From contig CAWAIF010000003.1 in the NCBI GenBank assembly GCA_963782055.1, positions 6,112,001-6,176,000 on the forward strand: 64,000 nt of DNA. The letters are read 5' to 3'. Both the position numbers and the translations under genes were made by a program. The notes beneath the pieces are model-generated. The model was not told where the DNA came from and ran no database searches. It saw only the letters and a list, made by a program, of their open reading frames with translations. Positions 52,227 through 61,208 of the stretch are shown here, piece after piece. Source of the DNA: an uncultured delta proteobacterium (GTDB taxonomy: Bacteria; Myxococcota_A; Polyangia; Polyangiales; Polyangiaceae). The stretch's first letter is position 1, and each line of letters opens with the position of its first letter.

Positions 52227-52985
52227 CTACTTCTGGCAGGCGCCCGTCACGCACTGCATCCCGAAGAACACGCAGTTGGTGCAGTCCTGCCCGCCCGAGC
52301 CGCAGGCGAAGGGCTGCGTGCCCACCGCGCAGACGCCGTCGGTCGTGCAGCAGCCGGCGCACGTTTCCGGGTCGCAAGGCGGGCCCGCGTCGGAGCACAC
52401 GCCACCGCCGCCGTCGAGCAGCTCGCAGTGACCGGAACCTTCGGCCGGGTTGCAGCGCAGGCACGGCTCGCCCCCATGCCCGCAGGAGTTATCGTGTCGG
52501 CCTGTGGAGCAGTAGTCGTTGCCGTAGCAGCAGCCGTCGCAATTCGAGGGGCTGCACGGCCCGTCGGTAGCGCGCAAGCAGCTGCCCTTGCAGAAGAACC
52601 CTGCGTCCACATCACACTTCTCACACGGCTCGCCGTAGCCGCCACATGCCTGGTTCCAGTCCTTCTGCGGCAGGACACACTGACCATCGGACGCACAGCA
52701 ACCGTCTGGACAGGTCTGGAAGCCGCAACCTGTCGGGATGACGTCCGGCGCCGCGTCGACGCCGCCCTCCGCATCAAGGTTGGCGTCTGCTTCCTCTGAG
52801 CCGTCGGCGGCACCATCGGGGACCGTGCCATCGGCCGAGGCGTCGCCGATCTCGTTCAGATACAAACCAGTACGGCTTCCACACGCTTCTACACCGAGGA
52901 CCCAGATAGCGACACAGGTACACACGGACAGGAGCGTCAGAGCGGTAGGGGACCTCGGCAGCATGCGTTTCGGCACCACGCCCAC
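52227..52985 (-). CDS. Cassette 4 gene A: Cys-rich lipoprotein
   Basis: VEAC-GSRTGL; C-terminus near-identical to A1/A2; different signal peptide. Confidence 0.8.
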   Translation of the reverse strand: MGVVPKRMLPRSPTALTLLSVCTCVAIWVLGVEACGSRTGLYLNEIGDASADGTVPDGAADGSEEADANLDAEGGVDAAPDVIPTGCGFQTCPDGCCASDGQCVLPQKDWNQACGGYGEPCEKCDVDAGFFCKGSCLRATDGPCSPSNCDGCCYGNDYCSTGRHDNSCGHGGEPCLRCNPAEGSGHCELLDGGGGVCSDAGPPCDPETCAGCCTTDGVCAVGTQPFACGSGGQDCTNCVFFGMQCVTGACQK

Positions 52986-52990
52986 CTCAA

Positions 52991-53625
52991 CTAGTTGGTG
53001 AGCGTCAAGTAGTCGCAGTCTCCGCCCGGGTTACAGAGGTTCGTGTTGGCACAGCTGGTGTTGCTGCCTCCACTGAATGACACCTGGGTGCCCCACGCAC
53101 CATTCTCGAAATATCCGTCCTCGGTCCCCGGCCAGTACGAGTACACGTTGTGGGACCAGTACACGCTGAAGCAGGTGCCACCGCTGCAGAGCAAGAACGT
53201 GTCGTTGTCGAGGACCTCCGTACCTTGCCCGTAGAAACACACTCGCGCGAAGGTGCCCGAAAGAGGGCAGCTGCTCACGTCGTAGACCCAGATGTCGTTC
53301 GGGTCGCAGCCACTATCCTTGGTGATGGCGGAGGCCTGTTGCCCCACGGCTTCCCCCCCAGCCGTACCTTGCGGCAAATCGGCGGCCCGCGCACGCGGGT
53401 CGAGCACGTGCTTCTTCGCCGCCACCTCCCGCGCGTACTGCTCGGGGGAGGCGACGTAGTGGTACGTGTGCAGCTTCCCGTCGGGCCCGACGCGGATCAC
53501 CGTCGTGTCCACGCCGTCGGTGGGCGGCGTCGCCCCACCCGAGGAACACCCGCCTCCGACGAGACGCCCACCGCCACCATCGCGAGCACACCGATCCAGC
53601 GCCCAGAAATCTTGTTCTTGACCAT
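52991..53625 (-). pseudogene. Cassette 4 gene B, 1-bp deletion in the signal region
   Basis: 635 nt ATG-to-stop; GACGAGACG at ~53558 versus GACGAGGACG in B3. Could be a sequencing error. Confidence 0.75.
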
Positions 53626-53791
53626 CTTGCACCTCACAGGATTGTGCCCCCCCCCGCGCGTCGCCACGGGATGGGTGCACCCCGATGACAGCACCGCCGG
53701 CTGAGCCGCGCAAGGAGAAAGTGCTCACTACACCCTAGTGGGTAGACCATCTGTCCCACCCGCTCGGTCGACCCTGACCAGCTAGTTTGCT

Positions 53792-53952
53792 AGGGCGACG
53801 TGCTGGGCGGGCGCCTGGTCACCTACGACAGCCTGAAGATGCGCTTCCGCGAGCTGCGCCTGCGCAAGGACGCGGCGTGCCCGGTGTGCGGGCCGAAGCC
53901 GAGCATCACCAAGTACGTGGACTACGAGGGGTTCTGCGCGCTGGGGGCGTGA
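53792..53952 (+). repeat. moeB 3'-end copy 5 (longest, 161 bp)
   Basis: Aligns without gaps to 45669-45829 with 7 substitutions. Confidence 0.96.
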
Positions 53953-53979
53953 TCGGGGCGTGATCGCCGCGACTCCCTG

Positions 53980-54610
53980 CTATTTGGTGCACACCTGGTT
54001 GATGCACTGGGTGCCGTGGAAGACACAGTCGTCGCAGACGATACCTCCTTTTCCGCACGCGAACGGCTGGGTTCCGACGGCGCATGTACCATCTGTCGTG
54101 CAGCATCCGGGGCAGTTGTCCGGAGAGCACGGCGGGGCGGCATCGGCGCACTCGCCGCCGCCCGCCTCGAGAGGCGTGCACGGGTCGCACGCGTCGCTGC
54201 CGGATGCGGCAGTCGGACGGGCCTCGGATCGGGGTACCTCCGGGACGGCGGCATGGATGGCACCGTGGCGGACGATGGAATCGGCGACGCACCCGCCGAC
54301 GCCGCCGGCGAGTCAGATTCGGAGATCGACGGTGGCGCGGACGGCGCGTGTGGCCCGCAGACATGCGCCGACGGGACATGCGTCGATTCGCACCACTACA
54401 GCAACGCGGCATGCGGCGACCACGGAGAGGCATGCGAGACATGTCCCGACTCCGACGCCGGCTACTACAGCGCGCAGGGTACGTGTCTCCACTTCACGGA
54501 CGGGCCGTGCAACCCATCCAACTGCGACGGCTGCTGCTTCCAGCAGACAGACTGGTGCGCGAGCGGCATCCACGCGCGGGCGTGTGGTCACGGAGGGGGC
54601 CACTGCGACG
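53980..54610. pseudogene. Cassette 5 gene A, broken by an internal inversion
   Basis: C-terminal half on the minus strand (53980-54197, DACDPC..NQVCTK*); N-terminal half GCGSRTGL..GGGHCD on the plus strand (~54198-54610), abutting IS66. Confidence 0.85.
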
Positions 54611-56128
54611 GTCTCTGCTTAGCGGCCGGAAGACGGCCCGCGGCCCGGGCGTGACGTCGACCGTCGGAGGACTCGCCGGCTAGTGGGCAAAGGCAGACGG
54701 AGGCGGCTTGCCGTGGAGGTGACTTTCGTACAGCCCGATGACGAAGCCCCGAAGCGGGAGCCGGCACTTGCGCCGCGTCTGCGTGATGCTCATCCAGTGC
54801 GCCAGGGTGGCGCTGCCGGCGGCCGAGCGCGTTCCGCCGGTCATCGCGCGGTGCCGCCCGTGGGCGCGCGGATGTCGCGTTCGGTCGCGTTGTTCGTGGC
54901 CGGGACGTCGGGGCGGTCGATGAAGAGCGTCACCCCCACCTTGTGCTCGTCGAGGCGCTCCTGCAGCCGGACGATGTCCGGGAACTCCACGAAGTTGGTG
55001 CTGCTGATGAGATGGCCGAGGCGGATGCGCGCGCCTCGGCGCTGCTCGGGATCGCCGCTCGCCGCGGCCTGCTTGCCCGCGACGTAGAAGCCGATGAGTC
55101 GGTCGCGGAACTCCTCGGTCGCGGCGCACGGGGTGAGCTCGGCGATCTTCTTGGCCTCGCGGATGGTGTGCGCACCGCAGTAGGCGTGGGTCCAGCCGTC
55201 GTGACTCGTGTACACGCCGTAGAAGTCGGTGCACAGGACTCCTTTGAAGCCCGCGCCGAGCACCGACTCGGCGACCCACGCGCCGCGCGACAGCTCGGCG
55301 CGGAAGACCGAGACGCGGTCGGTGCGCATCAGCCACATCCAACCCGGCACGCCGTCCTGTCGATGGCCGCTCTCGTCGAGGCCCGCCACGGGCGATGCGC
55401 GCACCGCGTCGACCAGCTCGTCGTAGCTCGGCGCCGAGCGGCGCCGCAATCGGTCGAACATCTGCGCCAGGCCGCCGGTCGTGATCGAGATGCCGAGCCA
55501 CTGTCCGAGGAACGCACTGATCTTGCCCAGCGGCATGTCGCGCTCGAAGCGCAGGTCCAGCGCCATCGCCTGCACGTTGGGGCCGAACGACACCGCGGCG
55601 ACGCTCTTGCCCGCGGCCGGCGCGCCCGGCAGCTTCGCGACCACGCGCTTGTGGCACACCTCGCAGCTGCCGACGTGCGCCACGTGATGCGTCTGCCGCG
55701 GCTGCACCACTGGGATGTCGACGACGACCGTGCTGTCCGTCTCGCCCGTCGCCACGACTGCCCCGCCGCAGCTGCACGTTGCAGGCATCTCGTGGAAGAC
55801 TTCGCCGTCGACCTGGGCCGGTGCGGCGGGCCGCGATCCGACATGGCCCACCTTGCGGCCGCGCGGCTTGCCCGAGGGCGCCCACCGACCCTCGGAGCGC
55901 GACGTCCGCCGCTTCCCGCGCTCCCGGAACCCGCGCTTCCACTCCTCGATCTCCTTGCGCAGCTTCGCCAGCTCTTCGCGAAGCGCGGCGTTCTCCTGCT
56001 CCAGCTCCTGGATCCGCTGCTCGGGCGTCACGTGATCCGGGATGCTCCCGATCAGGTCCCATGGAAAGAACTTCTCGCATCAGGAACGAAGAATGGACCC
56101 ACAGTGTGCGACACCGCTAAGCAGACAC
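54611..56128 (-). mobile_element. IS66-family element, copy 2
   Basis: Same IRs as copy 1; transposase from 56031; extra GC near 54866 shifts the C-terminus; flanks CTGCGACG / CCGCCAAC do not match. Confidence 0.9.
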
Positions 56129-56321
56129 CCGCCAACTTCCCCATAGGGCTCCGAGGCCACCGCCTCGCCGCTGCCGCGCACCGGCTTCGTCCAACCGTCG
56201 ATTTCGCGACCGCGCACCCGCGCCACGCGACCGCCGCCGCGACCCGGCGCGCTCACGCAATCGACTCTTACTTATGCGAAGTGGGGCCGTCCGGTGTCAC
56301 TGGAAGGACGGACCAGGGTGG

Positions 56322-56548
56322 CCCCGAAGCTCGTCGATGACCGCCGGCGTGAAGGTCCGCTGCAGCGCTGCAGCTGCTCCTCCACCGCGCTCGCCTCTTC
56401 GCTCGGCTCTGGCCGGCTGCTCGTGGCTCGGGTAGCTCTCGTCGTCATCGGGCGTCCTCTCCTTGTTGGTGTCGCAACCGAACAACGAGAATGGCGCCCG
56501 AGTTATTTCCATCATTCCGCCACGTTATGTCCAAAGGATCTGGCCATG
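56322..56548 (-). mobile_element. Truncated left end of the IS4 element found at 62295
   Basis: Near-exact reverse complement of ~62295-62513, including the terminal CATGGCCAGATCC. Confidence 0.88.
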
Positions 56549-56686
56549 GGGCGAGGGGAGCTGGCGCGGCGGCAAGTTCCCCGACGTGCGCGGCCGAAAG
56601 AGAAGGTCACCGCAAAGGACCGCAAGGTGGCCGAGCTGGAGCGACAGGTCCGGCACGGAAGCGGTCACCTAGCAACGCGGCGGCGA

Positions 56687-57172
56687 TCAAGGCATGCACA
56701 CGCCCTGAGCGCACTGCCAGCCCCCCTTGCAAGAATGACCGCACGCGCCGCAGCTCGTCGGGTCGTTCAGGAAGTTGGTGCACCCCCCCTGGCAGGCGTC
56801 GGGGCAGCCCGCGTCGTCGAGGGTGCAGAGATTGCAGAGGGTGTTCGCCTCACAGGGCTTGATGCAGTGGGGGTGTGGCGTGCGATCGGATGCTCCACAG
56901 TAGAAGCCGCCATTCCCGCCGTTGGGTGCGGAGGTGCAGATCGTGTCGCCCTGGCAGAGTTCCACCTGGGAGTAGTAGTTCAGCCCGGCATCGGGATGGA
57001 TCACGCCGTGTTGCTTGTCGCAGTAGATGCCTGGGCGCAGTGAGCCATCCGGGGCCGCGTCCAAGCCTACATCATCGCCGAAGACGAGCCCCCCGCACGA
57101 CGCCACGATGAGACCGACGATGGCGACCACGGCCAGGGCAATGACACGTGTGCACGTCACTGGGGCTTCCAC
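56687..57172 (-). CDS. Small Cys-rich lipoprotein
   Basis: IVASC lipobox; C-terminal NDPTSCGACGHSC..CAQGVC; overlaps the upstream gene end. Confidence 0.75.
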   Translation of the reverse strand: MEAPVTCTRVIALAVVAIVGLIVASCGGLVFGDDVGLDAAPDGSLRPGIYCDKQHGVIHPDAGLNYYSQVELCQGDTICTSAPNGGNGGFYCGASDRTPHPHCIKPCEANTLCNLCTLDDAGCPDACQGGCTNFLNDPTSCGACGHSCKGGWQCAQGVCMP

Positions 57173-59358
57173 AGCGTGGCGTAGATGCTACTGTTGGATT
57201 GCTCGTCGCGGGTGTCGCCCCATGCCGGGAAGCAACCCACGCTGGGCGCGCACGTCATCCCCTCGTAGTCGCCCCACGGCGTGTTGCCCGTGCCGCTTCC
57301 CTCCGTGGGATCGATCGTACTCCAGGGGATGAGATCCCCATCCGCAATCTGCGCTGCCAGCTCCTCGATGCCGTTCCAGCTACCGTTCACGATGGCGCGG
57401 CCGAAGATGCTCTGCAGCGCCGGCGGGCCGGGGCTGCGGCGCGTGTCGTGCCACGCCACCGTCACCGTGGGCTGGGTAGGCTGCCACATCCAGGCGGCCG
57501 ACGCCGCGAACTGGTTGCTGACGCACTCCGTCCCGTTCGAAAAGCACGGCTGCGGCTGCCCCCAGAGCGTGATGGTCGGTGCCACCTCGAAGACCGGCGC
57601 GAAGCCGGTGCTGATGCTGACGTCCGACGTCGTGTAGAAGACGCGCTGGCCTCGCGACGTCTGCTGATGGGTATCGGGGTCCGTCTGGAACAACGTCCGG
57701 TTCCAGAAGACGTGCCACGACGAGGTCTCGGCGTCGTAGACCACCGCGGGCCGCGCGCGGTTGTTCCCGTGGTGGCCGTTCGCGTCGGGATCGACGCAGC
57801 TCGGCCAGGCGGAGTCGGTGTCCAGGATCACCGAGCCATCGTCACCGCCGACGGACTTGCGCCAGTGCTCCCCCCAGTCCGACGAGACCGCCGCGCGTAG
57901 CTCCAGGTCGAAGGTGGGGTTGGTGGGGCAGTCGTCCAATTGATCGGATTCCAGATCCGTGCTGTCGGCGTTGGCACGCGGGAAGGTGACGAGCAGCCGC
58001 TCGCTGCTGCCGTTGCCGCAGTCGTCGATCTGCGCAGCCATGGGATCGGTGCACGCCGCGGCGATGTTGGCGTCGGAGAAGGCGACGCAGGACAGGTTGC
58101 AGTCGATGCGGATCTCCCGCGGAGGGGGGCTGCCGGAGCTGTCGATGGTCCCGTCGCTCTCAAAGTGCAGACGCCGGATCCAGTTGCGCGACAGCCCCTG
58201 GGACAGCGAGCTGTTCCGGTTGCGCCAGTTCACCCACACCACGTGCGGCTGGTTCGGGCCGGCCGGCTGCACCCCGTCCCACTCCAGGGACGCCGTGGGC
58301 TGGTCGGCGAAGCCCGGCTGCGCACCCGCCGCGCCATCGGAGTTGCTATCCGAGACCATGGCGAAGCACTGCGGCCCGCACAGGCCACCACCAGGAAGGT
58401 TGCCGTTGGGCCCGAAGGTCTGGCCCCCATCCCTGGAGAGGAACATCACGATGTCGCTCGTGGTTGCGCTGTTCTGCGATGCCGTGCTCACGGCGGGCTC
58501 GAAGTACGCCAGCTGGTTGGGCCAGCCGGTGGGCACGAGCGCAGGGTCCCCGGCGGTCCCCACGTACTGCGTGCCGTCGGTCAGGGTGGGAGGTGTGCCG
58601 GTGAAGAAGGGGTTGCTCGTCTCGTCGCGCGTGGTGAAGGCTACGCCGTCGGTCGAGAACGTCCATGCGGCGTACTTGTTGTTGTGCGACGCCGTGTTGA
58701 AGGCGATGACGGTGGACGCGGGGCTGGAGAGGCTGACGTCGTCGAAGAGGGTGTCATCCCCGTCGCCCGGCCAGTTGTCGTCGTGGTTGACCAGCTTGAG
58801 GACGTACTCGTGGCCGGAGACGAGCGGCGCGTCGACCTGGGTCCAGCTGTTCGTCGTGCAGGTGCGCGGCAGGATCGTGGTGACGGTGCCGCCGGCGGTG
58901 TTGTCCTTCAGCGTGGCGGTGGCGAAGTCGCAGTTCGTACCGCACACGTCGTTGCAGAACATCTTCCACCAGAAGTGCAGGTCCACCGGGGAGACCGCGG
59001 GCGCGGTGAACGTCTGGCTGATCGTGCTGTCCCCGTTCGTCGGCTGCGTCGACCCGAGCATCGCGGCGAAGCTGCCGGAGTGATGGTCGGAAGAAACGAC
59101 GGTCTCGGACGCGCCGGAGGCGACCCATCCCATGAGGTCGCCGGTCTCGAAGCCGTCGTTGAAGCCCCCCGTCGGAAGCACGGCCACGCTGGTCTCGTTC
59201 CCCCTCTGATCGGCCGCGTCGATGTTCCCGAACGTCAGGGGCTGGCTGGCCGTCGCCACCGGACCGTCGTCGACCGATGCGCATCCCACCATGGACCCAG
59301 AGCCCACCACCAACGCCGTGAGCGCACCGAGGGCCATCGCTTGCAGGTCCATCTTCAT
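57157..59358 (-). CDS. Large lipoprotein with CBM-like domain and Asp-box (BNR/sialidase-like) region
   Basis: MVGC lipobox, SQPL motif, GFETGDLMGW, Asp boxes SRDGGQTF and SSDWGEHW; GGAGG RBS. Confidence 0.75.
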   Translation of the reverse strand: MKMDLQAMALGALTALVVGSGSMVGCASVDDGPVATASQPLTFGNIDAADQRGNETSVAVLPTGGFNDGFETGDLMGWVASGASETVVSSDHHSGSFAAMLGSTQPTNGDSTISQTFTAPAVSPVDLHFWWKMFCNDVCGTNCDFATATLKDNTAGGTVTTILPRTCTTNSWTQVDAPLVSGHEYVLKLVNHDDNWPGDGDDTLFDDVSLSSPASTVIAFNTASHNNKYAAWTFSTDGVAFTTRDETSNPFFTGTPPTLTDGTQYVGTAGDPALVPTGWPNQLAYFEPAVSTASQNSATTSDIVMFLSRDGGQTFGPNGNLPGGGLCGPQCFAMVSDSNSDGAAGAQPGFADQPTASLEWDGVQPAGPNQPHVVWVNWRNRNSSLSQGLSRNWIRRLHFESDGTIDSSGSPPPREIRIDCNLSCVAFSDANIAAACTDPMAAQIDDCGNGSSERLLVTFPRANADSTDLESDQLDDCPTNPTFDLELRAAVSSDWGEHWRKSVGGDDGSVILDTDSAWPSCVDPDANGHHGNNRARPAVVYDAETSSWHVFWNRTLFQTDPDTHQQTSRGQRVFYTTSDVSISTGFAPVFEVAPTITLWGQPQPCFSNGTECVSNQFAASAAWMWQPTQPTVTVAWHDTRRSPGPPALQSIFGRAIVNGSWNGIEELAAQIADGDLIPWSTIDPTEGSGTGNTPWGDYEGMTCAPSVGCFPAWGDTRDEQSNSSIYATLWKPQ

Positions 59359-59584
59359 CGCCCCACCTCCGACATGAATGACCGCGCGTGTGCGCAGATG
59401 GCTGAAACGAGATACGAGGCTACGGAGGGGTGGTGTGTAGCGCAACGGACAAAGCAGGACTCTCGCCTCAATTCACGCGCATGTCACGGACTACTACTAC
59501 CTGGGGTAGTAGAGACCCCGTGCCCCGCCTGATGGCTCATATCGACTATGAGCCCGGGAGCTGGAAGCCGTCTGGGACGAGGGC

Positions 59585-61208
59585 ATGACGGACCAGACGA
59601 CCGCTTCTTCTTCCGGGCTGTACTACCTCTTCGACCCGAGCTACTCGTACGTCACGATGTTCGGCTACGACGGCTCGGACCTGTCCATCGCGTCCACCCA
59701 GACCGGCCTCGCCGAGCTGGAGGACATCGCCAATACCGCGGCGGCGATCTTTACGGCGACCGGTAGGTACTGGTCGGCGGCAGGAGGGTGGGCGAACGTC
59801 AACGTCCAGGCGCCGCCTACCGGGACGTTTTCCACCCTGCAGACGTACTGGGCCACCGGCCTGCGCGAGCAGGACGTCCTCGCGCAGGATGTTTACGATG
59901 GGATCCCCGTCGAGCAGACGGTCCCCGCGTCTGGCCCGAACACGTACAGGCTCTGCGCCCACTGGCACGTGCAATACGAGGACGCGAAGTCATACTATAC
60001 GAACGCGATGCCCACGCAGGGACTCCAGAACGGCACGGCGGCGTACTCGCGGTACTGGATCCAGTACAAAGTCGGGAGCACGTACCACTACGTCGCGAAG
60101 GGCTTCCTCGACGCCGACGGCTGCACCATGCCCGTGGCCCTCGACCCGCTCACCGCCTACTCGCTGTGGCAGGAGTCGATCCTGCAGAGCGCGGAGACCC
60201 CCGCGGGTGGACGTCTACTACGGGGGCTGGAACCCGCGGTTCGCGTACTTCACACACAACCCCTGGGGTGGCGCATGCACGTTCAATTGCGTGCAGATGG
60301 GCGACCTCGAAGCCACTGCCTTCACAGTGAGCGGCGTCCCGTCCACGACGACGATGACGACCACGACCACGCCGTTCGATCTGGCTGCCAACGGCGCATC
60401 GGCCGTCGGCTCGGCACTTCGGACTCCGGGACTGGTCACCCAGCTCTCGGGGTACGCGCCCGACATGAGGGTGTACGTGAATCTGCTGAGTGAGAGCGGC
60501 GGCGAGACGGGATATTACAATACGCAGCCGAGCAACCCCACCGACAACAACTACGGCGTATACCTGTCCCCGAGCGCCGAAGATGGTCATGACTCCAAGT
60601 GGCAAACCATTATCGATCACGAATTCGGCCACTACGTGACGGACCTTCGCTCTGGGACGTCCGACTGGGGTTTTGGATTGCCCAGTGCGAATCCCGCGTG
60701 CCGATGCAATCACATCCTCGACCAAGGACAGGCCAGCCATTGCCTTCAGTCTGCAAATGGAAATGGCTTCGCGACCAACGAGGGCTTCGCGCACTTCTTC
60801 GCAGCGCAGGCCCTCCAGCCGCTGAGCCATTCGAGCTGCAACTTCGGCTACTACAAGGAATTTCTCGAGGACGACTCCTCCGTCGACCTGCCGCCGGTGA
60901 CGAAGAGCTGCGCATCCCAGGTCAAGTGGGGGTGGTCTTATAGCTGCACCGACAGCAACTCTGCGGTGGAGTGGGACTGGCTGGGCGGACTGTGGAGCGT
61001 CCGCACCGACCCGACCGCGCCGTACTCGATGGATGACTTCTTTGCGGTGCGAGAGGCTGCCTGCGGTCATCCCGGGACGCGCCGCGTGTACCCGAACGAC
61101 GCAGAGTTGAGCCCCGCGCTCATACGGTCAGGGGCCGAGACATTGTATGGCTCCGGTAGCCCGAAGTCAGTGAGGCTCAACGTCGATTTCACCGCGAATG
61201 GGATCTAG
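59585..61208 (+). pseudogene. Frameshifted zinc-metallopeptidase-like protein
   Basis: Two overlapping ORFs that switch frame near 60200; HEFGH followed by NEGFA (gluzincin-type); no clear 5' signal peptide. Confidence 0.65.

Noticed and set aside
44633..53625. RiPP cluster with the ThiF/MoeB enzyme modifying the Cys-rich products
   Set aside because: The enzyme looks like housekeeping MoeB/MoeZ, is convergent to the cassettes, and the products are exported lipoproteins; no transporter or other maturases.
45669..53952. CRISPR array or integron interpretation of the periodic repeats
   Set aside because: Repeats are 100-160 bp coding-derived moeB tails with kb-scale spacing; no cas or intI gene and no recognisable attC structure.
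47368..56031. Programmed frameshifting in the IS66 transposases
   Set aside because: The two copies break at different sites through a deletion and an insertion, without slippery motifs.
56549..56680. Possible transposase fragment (KDRKVAELERQVR)
   Set aside because: Too short to assign without a search.
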